Source of the DNA: Lingula anatina
Lineage: Eukaryota; Animalia; Brachiopoda
NCBI GenBank assembly: GCA_051362555.1
Contig: CM120644.1
Coordinates: 18,746,534 to 18,810,533 of the forward strand
DNA length: 64,000 nt
Direction of reading: 5' to 3'
How positions within the stretch are numbered: position 1 is the stretch's first letter; each line of letters opens with the position of its first letter. The position numbers were made by a program, and so were the translations under genes. The notes beneath the pieces are model-generated. The model searched no databases and was not told where the DNA came from. It saw only the letters and a program-made list of their open reading frames with translations. Positions 12,334 through 23,905 of this stretch are shown here, in pieces.

Positions 12334-14180
12334 TTTAACCACGCTTCATCAGGCCACTTCTATGATCAGGCTGAATATCACTGTCACGCCGTCTATCATT
12401 GGTTGACTGTCCCGCGAAATGAGAGAACCGCTCAATCGCTCAACTTACTTCAGTGCAGCGGAGTCACACGAGGATTGCCGATTGGACTGTAGTCATGAAG
12501 AGGTACTATTGATATTACGACAACAAATGACGACGCTGCTTGAAACGATCTCTTACGAGGGTACATCGGAAACATCGTCGCAATATGACGACGTTAGCTA
12601 CATTGTGTTAACAAGTCAATGCAGCGGACGATGCGAAGAAATTTATACCGGTGATGATTATTTAGATAAACAATTTTAGACGCCACTCTCAATGTGTCTT
12701 TTATCATCTCAAGAACAATGATAGCACCCTCACTCGGTTTGTATGCGAGAATTTTCGCATCTTAGTAATTTTTGTGCGAGAATTTTATTTTTTTGGCGAG
12801 AATCTCGCAGAATCGCGGCCTCGGCAGAACCCTGAATGTATTTAGTCTTTATTGTTTAAAATGATCTCTATTATGAAAAATATATCAAAAATAAAAATGT
12901 CCTTCCGTGACACTCTTTTATAAGTTTTCCAGATAAAAGTGTCAATAAAATCATAATTAATCATCAGAACCTAAAATTTCTTTTGGATTCTGGTGTCTTA
13001 TGGCAGTGTATGAAATTCAAGGAAATTAATAGCCAGACCACCGGGCAGGTAACTCTGAAAAGTTACCAGCCCAGCCAGGTAGTTACCTGCCCAGCCAGGT
13101 AGTTACCTGCCCCAGTTATGATAACCCTAAGAGTTAAGAGAGGTATGCTGAGGGGGTCTATCTGTACATGTAGAATGCAATCTTCGGATTGCAATTTGAA
13201 AATGATTTTAAAAAAACACTCGATGGAGGAAATAACTCTTACTAATAATTCATGCATAACTTTTATTTATGATATCATTTGATATTAAGTTTTAATTTTC
13301 TGCACAGCAACAAGTATGGCCGAATGCAGATATTCTAGTCAAATAAATTGAACACTTTGCTGGCAATAAAGAAAGAATTCTTGTTACCATCTTAAAACAA
13401 ACAAACAATTAAAAAAAAACTTCTACCAGTATCCACATTCCAACTGTTGGGTTTCCTTTTTTCCAAATCTTCATAATCATTTTAATCATCTACAAGGTCA
13501 TTAAAACTGTTAAAACTGTCACAGACCAACTTACAGGAAGTGATGGAAGAATTCCTTTCCACATTCACACATGCTCAGCCCATTTAAGGAATTGCTTGCA
13601 ATTTTGTAAAATATTGACCAAATCAACTTAATTATTCTGACAAAGAGTCATGTCCATTCTCTATGTCAAGATCACTGAAATCTGACTCGTAGTCAGAATC
13701 TAAGTCAGCCACTGGAGCACCATTTGTTTCAGGTGGTATGACTTCTGAAGTTGCAACCGCATTTGCTTCTTCTTCAATAACAACAGCAGCTACTGTCTTT
13801 GACCTTGTAGATGATTTTTTTACCCTGGGGTTCATGAAATATGGTCTCCTGTGTTTGTTCTCATACCAATGGTGAATTGCTTCTGTTGGATCAAATGAGG
13901 AGATATCTGCAGAGTGCATTTGTATGGTGATGAGCAGAGTCATAGTTGTTGATCTTAGTCTATTTCTGTAGTCTGTCTTCATGTTCTTCATGACTGAAAA
14001 CCCCCTCTCACACTCAGAAGATCCAGCTGGCAGGGACAACAAAAGATCAATCACTGCTAATATATTTGGACATTTGGCAACATACAAACTATTTACCAAC
14101 TTCCAGGTCAAGGAATGCACATCTTTGTGGCTGAAATAAAACAAAATTACCTGTGTAATGTTAGCACTACCATTGCATTG

Positions 14181-14533
14181 TGTTACGCCTTCGCGGCCGA
14201 GTGCCTTATGAAGGTACAAATAACAATGTACTTACTGGTATCTCAGAGTTAAACACAAAGCCAAAAAGCCTCAAGAGAAGAGCAAAAGACAGCTGCTAAG
14301 AGCAAAGAGGCCAAAGAGGCCAAAGAGACCGATTTATTTCACGTTACACCTTATATACAAGTTCAGATAGTACACGTTTACCAATCAGAATCAACTATAT
14401 AGTGAACAGTTTTACCTTTAGGTTACCAATCACGGGAGAGATTCAAACTTGCACACCGGACAACACTTTACTTACAGAGACATCTACCGGTAGCAATATA
14501 AAATAATCTCATCTAACACACTACATCATCACA
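14181..14533 (-). repeat. 3' LTR of Gypsy A
   Basis: Direct repeat of 23553-23905. On the - strand it has ATTGG (CCAAT) boxes, TATATAA and AATAAA. Confidence 0.97.
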
Positions 14534-14547
14534 CTCTCCCCCCTTTT
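14534..14547 (-). other. Polypurine tract of Gypsy A
   Basis: AAAAGGGGGGAGAG immediately before the TGT of the 3' LTR on the - strand. Confidence 0.9.
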
Positions 14548-14911
14548 GACGAACAAAACTCCCCCCTATTATTACAATATAAACAATTACTTTAAATTGT
14601 TAAACTAATAATTATTATAATTCAACAACTGAAATGGTACTTTACATTTAAAATACGCAAGTAATGCAAATAAGTCATTCTTGTTATGCCAAGATTCAAC
14701 ATTTATCTTTAACACAAGCAAAGTCAATCAAGTCCATCTCTCAGCATAAATGTCCATCCTTAGGAATGCAAAACAAAGTTTTAAATCCATTATCACTTTA
14801 AATCAACTTTAAAAGCAAACAAAGTGATTTTAATTCAAAGTTGCTCAAAACAACATTATTAATGATAACAATGTCAATGTGAAATGTCAAAATCATTATA
14901 TAGTTCATTTT

Positions 14912-15631
14912 TCATCCATGTAGCAAAGTAAATTCTATCCGCCGATACCAATGACTACCGAGTTCACGATCCTCTGATGAAAGTTTTTGTAACAGATGAT
15001 ACAAAGTTCTCCAGTGAAACAAAATCAACAAAGAATTCAGAACCTCAGTCTTAGGCTCCATACCATTTCCATAAATGTACATTTTCACAAAATTAATGTC
15101 CTCCTCGGAACAGTTATCTGGCAACATTACTAGTCCTTCACTTTTCACATAGTCCATCAGTTCCCATATATTTCTCATATTTAATGTTAATATCAGGAAA
15201 TGTATAAATCCATTCACCAACTGGATCCACAGTTTTTTCTCGAATTCACCAGTTCCACACGAATGAACATCACCATGACGTTTACGCAAAAGCGAATTGT
15301 CCTTTTCCATCGATCTGCAATACCAGCACACCAATCCTGGAGTCATATACATGTACCATGGCAAATGATCAGATTTCACATGACGTCCAAGATGTCTACT
15401 CAGGTCAGCACTGGACACCAGACACAAACCACACTGGACTTCTTTCCTCTGTTTCTTCCTTCTGCACTTTGAGTGGGTAACTTCCTCCCCCTCTTCACCA
15501 ATTAGGACAGTAGGATCTTCCACCAAATCAGTGTCATCATAATCCGGGACAAAACAAGCTTCATCTAACATGTCTAGATCATCCATATCTGAAATAAACT
15601 TATACAATGGTTTATTTTCTTGAATGAACAT
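14912..15631 (-). CDS. Accessory ORF of Gypsy A: acidic N-terminus, basic patch and two Cys/His zinc-finger-like motifs (probable start ATG 15586)
   Basis: 239-aa open frame containing CGLC..LSRHLGRH..HLPWY..PGLVCWYC..RH..H. Acceptor-like TTTATTTCAG ends at 15589. Confidence 0.65.
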   Translation of the reverse strand: MFIQENKPLYKFISDMDDLDMLDEACFVPDYDDTDLVEDPTVLIGEEGEEVTHSKCRRKKQRKEVQCGLCLVSSADLSRHLGRHVKSDHLPWYMYMTPGLVCWYCRSMEKDNSLLRKRHGDVHSCGTGEFEKKLWIQLVNGFIHFLILTLNMRNIWELMDYVKSEGLVMLPDNCSEEDINFVKMYIYGNGMEPKTEVLNSLLILFHWRTLYHLLQKLSSEDRELGSHWYRRIEFTLLHG

Positions 15632-16150
15632 ACATGATAATGATCTTTTCTTTCAAATGAATATTAACATAATTTTACATTATTAACACAGTATTACACT
15701 ATCAGCATAGCATTACATTACTAACATAGTAACACAGCATTGCCGCATTAACTATGTACAAATATTACTTTTATACCAAATCCCCAAGTAAAATACCATC
15801 ATTAAATGTGTAAAAAGAAAAGAATTATTACCTTGACAACCTCTAATCCGATTACATGCAAAACACATGCTAAACTGCAACATATTAGTTTGAACAGTGT
15901 AACCGTGTTAGGTAATTTTTTTTTTTTTTAACAACCATAATCCAAAAAAAAAAACAAAAGTAGCTATCAATCTATTCATGCAGTGCTCAATGTAACATGC
16001 TCAACAATAAAATTCGAACAAATATTTAGAAAACCTATACCAACTTGGACTGTTGTTTTGATCAAATTACCTGAAATATAATAGGAAGTACAAACTATAA
16101 TATACTTCATCAAATATATCTTTATTATCTTGTTTATTTTTTCTAATATT

Positions 16151-16441
16151 TTAATACTGATAGAGTTTGTCTCTGAGATAACAAATAATATCAATACAAT
16201 CTTCTTTAGATAACTCTTTGTTTATTTCTTTCTCGTGGTCCATGAACCAATCATAACCCGTCTCTAACAAAAATCTCTCTCTCCATGTTTTTCCTAAATG
16301 GATGATTATTTTGGCTTGTTTTGAACTTTTTATTTCAATGTTTCTGATTGAGAGTATATATAAACGTTCTGGAGATTCAACCCAATCTGTGCACCATTGA
16401 AACTCTTCTTCCCAGATGTGCATAATGTTTGATTCATCCAT
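16151..16441 (-). CDS. Small Trp-rich accessory ORF of Gypsy A, function unknown
   Basis: 96-aa ATG-initiated frame in very AT-rich DNA between pol and the zinc-finger ORF, preceded by a T-rich tract and TAG 3 nt before the ATG. Confidence 0.45.
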   Translation of the reverse strand: MDESNIMHIWEEEFQWCTDWVESPERLYILSIRNIEIKSSKQAKIIIHLGKTWRERFLLETGYDWFMDHEKEINKELSKEDCIDIICYLRDKLYQY

Positions 16442-16588
16442 GTTCTAAATAAAAAAAATAAAAAATAAATAAAAAATACAAATAAATAAATTAAATTAAA
16501 TTCCTTTTATTTCAGCACTGCCGAAAATTAAGGAAGTATTTATATACAACTATACCTTGACTAATAAACTAAATATACATCAATATGA

Positions 16589-19500
16589 TCATTCTAACGC
16601 AAAATCTCTTAAATGAGATGGCATTTTAATTTGTCTACCAAATCTTGATCTTTTTACAATTGGTTCCACCAATTGTGGTTCATTCAATTGAAAATCACTC
16701 TCTCTTTCAACAAATTTTCTCAATCTATCATGATGTACCACTTGGATTTTTCCTTTTTTATCTTTTATTGTATAGAGAGGTGGGGATGCTTTGATAACCT
16801 CATATGGTCCTCTATATAAGGGTCTAAGTTTCTTACTTTCTCCCTTTTTATGACTTTCATCCTTCAAATATACTTTCTGACCACAAGTATATTCACTCTC
16901 TCTCAACTTTGCATCGTACAATTGTTTTTGACGTTTCTGCACACATTTCAATTTTTCTCTAGCCATTTCATGTGATCTATTTAGGCTTTCACTCAAGTTT
17001 TTCAACCATTCATGAGTCTCATATGGTATCAAATTTTCATTCACACAACCTGTTAGTAAGTGCAATGGCATAAAAACTTCTCTCCCTAACATCATCATGT
17101 TAGGAGTAAACCCTGTTGATGCATTCACAGTTGAATGTAATGCCATAACTAATTGAGGTAAATCTCTATCCCAATATCTCACATTCCCTTCTACATTACA
17201 TCTAATCATCTGTGTAATAATACCCATGCATCTTTCAACTTGTCCATTAGCACTTGCTCTAAAACCAGTTGTTCTAAGTTGTTTGATTTCTAATAGTCTA
17301 CACAAATTTCTAAATAGACTACTTTGAAAATTTGAACCTTGATCTGTATATATCTCTTGTGGACAACCAAAAGTAACTATGAATTTTTCAAAAAATGCTT
17401 TTGCTACTAATTCAGCTGTCTGATTTGGCAATGCCACACACTCTATCCACTTAGTAAACTGATCTATCATAACCAAAATATAAGAATTTCCAAATTCACT
17501 TTGTGTAAATGGTCCAAGTATATCTAAATGAACCTTTTCCATAGGAAATCCTGCATGATGTAATTTCATTTTGGCTTTTGGTCGAACAGTACTATGCTTG
17601 TTTTTATTGCAAAGTTCACATGAACTTACATACAATTTACAATCTCTATTCATTCCATGCCACTTGAATGATTGTTTGAGTTTTTGCAAAGTTTTCTCAT
17701 AAGCAAAATGACCAGCTGTTTTTGAATCATGACAGAAAAATAAAACTTCGTTGACCAAATCTTTTGGTACAATTAAACACAAATTTCTATCCTCTCTCTT
17801 TTCCCATTTGTAATATAACACATCATTCAAAAGAATCAATTGCTCTTTGCAATTCCACAATCCTTTTACTGCCATACTACACAAATACAACTCTGATTCT
17901 TTAGGTTCACCATTTTCTAACCAACTTATGAGTATTTTCAAATCTGCATCTTTTCTCTGCAATTTTTTCAAGTCATATCCTTTCAACCAATTGCATAATT
18001 CATCTCTTTCATTCTTGTCAGTTTTATCATTTGTATCAGCCCTCTGACACATCAAAACTGAACTCAATTTCTCACAATTTGTTTCATTCTTCATATCACC
18101 AACTGCATTCGATTCAACTACATTGTCATCTGATTTCTTATTTCCCAGAGGAATTACATCATTCACATCAGTCTCAAACCTTGACCAATTTTTATGTACT
18201 CTCTGACAATAATGACATCCTCCACAGGGTAAGTCACTCAATTTCACTCCCACCTTATAGCAATCACACACTTTCATAGCTAAAGGTATTCTTGATAATG
18301 CATCTGCATTTCCATGCTTCTTTCCTGGTCTATGTTCAATGGTAAAATTATACTGAGATAATTCTTCTAACCATCTTGCTAACTGACCATCTGGGTTTTT
18401 AAATCCTAACAACCACACTAAACTATGATGATCTGTTCGGATTCTGAACTTTCTTCCCAACAAATAATGTCTATATTGTCTACAAAAGTTTACAACAGCC
18501 AAGAGCTCTTTTCTAGTTGTACAATAACGCCGCTGTATAGGTGACATAATTTTACTTCCATAAGCAATAACCTTCTCTTCACCATGTTGTATCTGTGAAA
18601 GTTCTGCTCCTATACATGAATATGATGCATCTGTATCAAGTATAAATTCACCTTCAGACAAAGGAAAGGCTAAACAAGGGGCAGTTGTTAACTCTTGTTT
18701 TAAACTTTCAAATGCTATTTGATGTTCATTTGACCAATTGAAAACACTTTTATTCCCTGTCAACTCATACAAACAAGCAGTTTTCTCAGCAAATTGAGGA
18801 ATATGATCTCTATGATAATTGATGAAACCAAGGAACGTTTCAACTTCCTTTTTGTTTGTAGGTACTGGCCACTTTCTAACACAATCAATCTTACTCTCAG
18901 TTATACCAACACCTTCTCTACTAATCGACTTTCCTAAGAATTCACACTTTGTTTGGAAAAGAAAACATTTCTTAGGCTTTAACTTCAAGTTGTAAGAACG
19001 CAATCTCTCCAAAACCTCTTTCAAATTCTTAAGATGATCTTCAAAATTCTTTCCCAACACTATGATATCATCCAGATACACCAACACTTTCTCCCAAGTC
19101 AAACCTCTCAATACTAACTACATTGCTCTTGAAAAACTTGCAGGAGAATTTGTAAGTCCCATAGCCATTCTCTTATGCTCATACAGACCATATCTGGTGA
19201 TAAAAGCAGTTTTGTTTCTGTCTTTCTCATCAATTTCAATTTGAAAATATCCTTGAGCCATATCAATCAAACTCAAAAATTGATTTCCAGCCAGACAATC
19301 TAAACAATCACCAATGTTTGGAATAGGATAAGAATCTTTGATAGTTTTCTTATTTAATTCCCTATAATCCACACACCATCTAACACTTCCATCTTTCTTT
19401 CTTATCAATACTGGTGGGGATGCCCATTCAGAATTTGATGGCTGAATAACATCAGAAGCTAACAACTTTTCAAGCATCTTTCTCTCTTCTCCTTCCATTC

Positions 19501-20758
19501 CCAATGGAGTTCTACGCAATTTCTGTTTCACAGGAGCTGCAATACCAGTGTTAATAGTATGTTTAACACCTTTCATGCACCCTAAATCAAGATCATGCTT
19601 TGCAAATACATCTTCATAATCTCTCAAAGTTTCACACAATGCAACCATTTCATTTGAATCAAGCTCCTCACTTGACCTTTCAAATAAATCTTGCAAATGT
19701 TCAGGCAAATCTCTTTTCAAACTTCCCATCACTTCTTCTTTATCCACATTTTCATCTATATTCAACTTCATTTCAACTTTATTCACAGCAGACACCCTAG
19801 CTTTTCCATCTACATCTTCACATCTCACTTCAGAATCAACTGTCTCAACTTCCTTAATAACACCTAACACACTACCTGCTTTCAAAACAGCATTTCTTTC
19901 TCCATCATTCACTATCTCTATAGGAACAACATCATCACCTTTAACTAATGCACAAGATACCAACACTTGTCTATCAACACAAGGTTCTATCACGTACACT
20001 TTCCTTTTCTCTAACTCATAATCTGCACAAACAGAAATTCTCATCACCGTAAATGGAGGAACTACTATTCTCTTTTTCGTTCTCACCATATTTTCACAAA
20101 TTTCAACTTCTCTCTCCATTTCATCAACACATTTCTCATCACTTTTAGCTTCTGTCTCACCATTCACTTTACTCAAACCAGAGTCACCTTCAACTTCTAT
20201 TCTTCCCTGTACACATTTTTCTCCAATGATCAATGTTTGATCAACTAAATTCACCACACAATTTCTCTCCTTCAAAAACTTCAATCCCAACAACATATCA
20301 ATTCCTTCTTGCAAATCTGCAACATACACATTTTCTTTATATTCTATCCCATCAATTTCAATACTCAAATTTTCTACTCTATGACCCATCATAAATGCAT
20401 TTTTTCCAGCAAGCATTAATTTCAGAGTCTCACAAAACTCAGGCACACCCTGCAATTTACTATAAAATCTTTTATTTACGATAGTAAATTGAGCTGCCGT
20501 ATCCACAACTGCTAATGTTTTCACACCACCCACACTAACAGGAATCACAAAATTTTCTCCTACTAACTCTCCAACATTCATCATTTTCACATTTCCACTA
20601 TCCATAATCCGACCTTCAACATGAAGTAAGGGATCCGAAATCCGGTCGGTCAATTCGTCCCGTTCTAGTTTACCGAATTTCTTGCACCGGGAGGAGGATT
20701 CTTTGGCATTTCTCCATTTTGAGGGCAATTTGTTTGAATGTGACCTCTCTGTCCACAT
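16589..20758 (-). pseudogene. pol: pol of Gypsy A (protease, RT, RNase H, integrase) with one in-frame TAG at 19118-19120
   Basis: AVVDTAAQ protease, WASPPVL..VDYRELN, YLDD, DTDAS..RKELLA..RTDH, integrase H..H..C..C, DQGSNF, GPY. The two ORF-track pieces share a frame (FSRAM*LVLRGL). Confidence 0.93.
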
Positions 20759-22617
20759 TTATTACAAATCAAAATAGAAATTGGGCTGGCATTTTTACTA
20801 ACATTGGGATTAGGTGGATGTTCTACAATTTCATTCTTACAATCCCTTTGAACATGACCTCTTTCTCCACATTTAAAACATTGTGGTGGACCCCCTCTAC
20901 TTTGATTTACGTTTCCATTCTGGGGTGTTTTTATCATTCTACTAGGATTTCTTTGAGAATTTGATGATGACACCCATGCGTCATTCATTCTTTTCATCTG
21001 ATCACACATTGCAGACATGGTTCTTTGCATGTTGTAGAGTAATTGATTTCCACTTCCATTCTCCACACTCTGATCAGACATTCCAACTTGTCTAATATGC
21101 ACATTTCTTCCACCTGTACCATACACAGCTTTGAAGTTATTGTTTGCAACTTTCACAAACTCTAACGCTTCAAATAAATCTTTAGGCTCTTTATCCATAG
21201 CCAATTTTGCAGATTCTTTGTCACGACACCCTCTCAAAAATGAATCCACAGCTATTCCCTCACCACCTTCTGCATATCCCTCTCTAGATGCCATGAACAC
21301 ACGATGAGAAAAATCTTGCAAAGATTCACTTTCACCCTGCCTGATTGATTGAAGTGCTCTACGCGCAGATGAAGCAGACTCTTTTATACTAAAACGTTTT
21401 GACATCACTTCTTTCAAACGTTTATATTTGCAGTTTCCAAACTCCACCGCATACTCAAGAGCTCTGTCTTCCAAACACTCAATCATTCTGCTAGTTTTTC
21501 TTTTATCATTCCAACCATATCTTTCTGCCATTCCTTCAAACTTAAATACAAAAGCTTCCCAGTTTTCTCTTCCATTCCCACTAAAACTAGGCATTTTATG
21601 AACAGGTCCTTTTTCTCTTTCAACTAAAGGAACTCTTTTCTGTTCAAATTCAGATTCACTTTCACTTTCGCTTTCACTATCACTTTCACTCTCTGCTAGT
21701 TTCAGTATTGGTTTTTTCACAGGGGTTTCCAAACTTTTCTTTTTACTACTTCTAGGTACAGGTGTGGGTCTACTTTTAATATTTCTAGGAGTCGGCCTTG
21801 GAATTTTTTCTAAATCATGTTGTAAATGCATTCTCTCATACTGAGTTTGCAAATGATCATGACGTGCTGTCATTTCATCCAATTGCAATTTCAAATCCAT
21901 TTTTTCAATTTCACACTTCTGCAAACTTTCTACTCGTTTTCTCAACAATTCATTCTGTGCCTCAACCTGAGCATGTAACATTACTTCTTTTGTGGAATAC
22001 TCTCTACACTCTTCTTCCATTTCCATTTCTTTTTTCATCAACACTTGTTTAGTTTTTCCTAACTCACTCTGAATTTTCACATTTCTTTCTTTCAACATAT
22101 CATTTTCAATTTTCAAATCACACTTCTCACTCTCTAAAACATACTTTTCATTTTTCAACAAAGATTTCTCATCTTCCAACTTTTTAACCTTAGCATCATT
22201 CATCTCCAATTCACTTGATAAAAATTCTATCTTTTCTCCAGCCTCTTCAACCTCATCTCGAAGATTTATTATCATTTCATTTTGTACCTTCAATCGTTCC
22301 ATCAACTTTCTATACTTTTCTTCCCAATTCACACTCTCTTCCTTTTTCTCATCTCCAACTTTTGAACCTTCATCTTTTTCTTCCATTACACCCAGAATCA
22401 CATTACCCTTCTTTTCCCATTTCTGCCATTCTGCTACACTAATACCAGTAATTTCTTCCAAATCACTCAACAGCAATTTTCCTTTTTGATTTCTCAAAGA
22501 CACCAATCTATGAGCTTTCACTGGACCAATTCCTTTCAAATTTTTCAATTCTGTCTCAGACGCTGTCTGCACATTCAACACAACACTACTTTCTACACTA
22601 CCCGACGCCATTTTCAC
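20665..22617 (-). CDS. gag: gag of Gypsy A: N-terminal helix-hairpin-helix, coiled coil, capsid region, two CCHC knuckles
   Basis: LNVQTASETELKNLKGIGPVKAHRLV...DLEEITGIS; MPSFSG..WEAF..KFE..A..YGW; IRQGESESLQDF; CFKCGERGHVQRDC and CNKCGQRGHIQTNC. Confidence 0.93.
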   Translation of the reverse strand: MKMASGSVESSVVLNVQTASETELKNLKGIGPVKAHRLVSLRNQKGKLLLSDLEEITGISVAEWQKWEKKGNVILGVMEEKDEGSKVGDEKKEESVNWEEKYRKLMERLKVQNEMIINLRDEVEEAGEKIEFLSSELEMNDAKVKKLEDEKSLLKNEKYVLESEKCDLKIENDMLKERNVKIQSELGKTKQVLMKKEMEMEEECREYSTKEVMLHAQVEAQNELLRKRVESLQKCEIEKMDLKLQLDEMTARHDHLQTQYERMHLQHDLEKIPRPTPRNIKSRPTPVPRSSKKKSLETPVKKPILKLAESESDSESESESESEFEQKRVPLVEREKGPVHKMPSFSGNGRENWEAFVFKFEGMAERYGWNDKRKTSRMIECLEDRALEYAVEFGNCKYKRLKEVMSKRFSIKESASSARRALQSIRQGESESLQDFSHRVFMASREGYAEGGEGIAVDSFLRGCRDKESAKLAMDKEPKDLFEALEFVKVANNNFKAVYGTGGRNVHIRQVGMSDQSVENGSGNQLLYNMQRTMSAMCDQMKRMNDAWVSSSNSQRNPSRMIKTPQNGNVNQSRGGPPQCFKCGERGHVQRDCKNEIVEHPPNPNVSKNASPISILICNKCGQRGHIQTNCPQNGEMPKNPPPGARNSVN

Positions 22618-23532
22618 TTCTAGTTTCCCACAACCTATTACACAATTTTATTGATAATAGCAATGCAGCTGTGCCACAAAAACTACACAATAAAATACTT
22701 TCACCACTACCACACTTTACTGTTTGAAGAAAGTTTCAGCAAAAAGCCACTACTAAACTTCACAGTAAATACAAACAAATCTCTCTCACTATTCAACCTA
22801 CTCACTTGTACACCTATGATGAAACACCTTCAACACAGACGAACAAGGTAGAATAGTACTCTATCAATATATGCTATTGCAATATTGATAAAAATATACA
22901 ATAAACAATTCACACTCACTCCTTCATTCAACAAGTCAGTGAAAAACACAAATTTGAAACCTTTATTTTAAATAAATGCTTTTCTTTGTAAATAAACTCA
23001 CTAAATTATGTTCTGTATTCTAATTACAACATAAGGCTCTACACTCACGGGCCTGTAATTACACGTGGTCTGTCCGACTACTACTCAGTACACGTGGTCT
23101 TTCCGACTACTACTCAGTACACGTGGTCCGCAATGTCTCTGCAGTTGTAGTATCACAACAGAAAATTAATACAAAATATCTCTAAACTACTAAAATGAAT
23201 ACTATTTTGACAATATTTACTGAATTGCCACGAGTATCAGCCAACAATGAAAATGAAATATCACTGCAATATGTTCCGGCTAGTTCGCGTCTTGCAACAA
23301 GTCCCGACTAACACGTGTCACTATCTTTCCAACTCTCACTCAGTCATACACAAAACTTTTTCAAAAATTCTAATATCACTAATAACTACCAATTATATCT
23401 GCTAACTACATAAGCTACACAAATTCTATCCCGTAAACTGACAACGTTAGCTACACAAATTGAATTCTGTCAATTTAACAACATATGCTACACAAATTCT
23501 ATCCTCTAATAACGTTAGCTTCACAAAATTCT

Positions 23533-23550
23533 ATCCTGTCGACTGCGCCA
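23533..23550 (-). other. Primer-binding site, tRNA-Ser type
   Basis: TGGCGCAGTCGACAGGAT lies 2 nt after the 5' LTR. Its complement ATCCTGTCGACTGCGCCA fits the 3' end of invertebrate tRNA-Ser species that begin GCAGTCG. Confidence 0.8.
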
Positions 23551-23552
23551 AT

Positions 23553-23905
23553 TGTTACGCCTTCGCGGCCGAGTGCCTTATGAAGGTACAAATAACAATG
23601 TACTTACTGGTATCTCAGAGTTAAACACAAAGCCAAAAAGCCTCAAGAGAAGAGCAAAAGACAGCTGCTAAGAGCAAAGAGGCCAAAGAGGCCAAAGAGA
23701 CCGATTTATTTCACGTTACACCTTATATACAAGTTCAGATAGTACACGTTTACCAATCAGAATCAACTATATAGTGAACAGTTTTACCTTTAGGTTACCA
23801 ATCACGGGAGAGATTCAAACTTGCACACCGGACAACACTTTACTTACAGAGACATCTACCGGTAGCAATATAAAATAATCTCATCTAACACACTACATCA
23901 TCACA
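23553..23905 (-). repeat. 5' LTR of Gypsy A
   Basis: Direct repeat of 14181-14533. Confidence 0.97.

Larger units (their letters stand above)
7288..12834 (-). mobile_element. Non-autonomous hAT with 6-bp TSD (hAT6-like)
   Basis: TIR CAGGGTTCTGCCAAGG / CCTCGGCAGAACCCTG. AATGTA duplicated at 7282-7287 and 12835-12840. Confidence 0.8.
14181..23905 (-). mobile_element. Full-length Ty3/Gypsy LTR retrotransposon (element A, 9725 bp)
   Basis: Two 353-bp TG...CA LTRs, identical by eye. 4-bp TSD ATTG (14177-14180, 23906-23909). PBS, PPT, gag and PR-RT-RH-IN order present. Sits in the last intron of the hAT transposase. Confidence 0.97.

Noticed and set aside
14912-15631. env gene
   Set aside because: No signal peptide, furin site plus fusion peptide, or C-terminal TM anchor; it has Cys/His finger motifs instead.
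22440-22617. Bacterial comEA contamination
   Set aside because: The HhH segment is continuous with gag inside an intact LTR element and has the same base composition.
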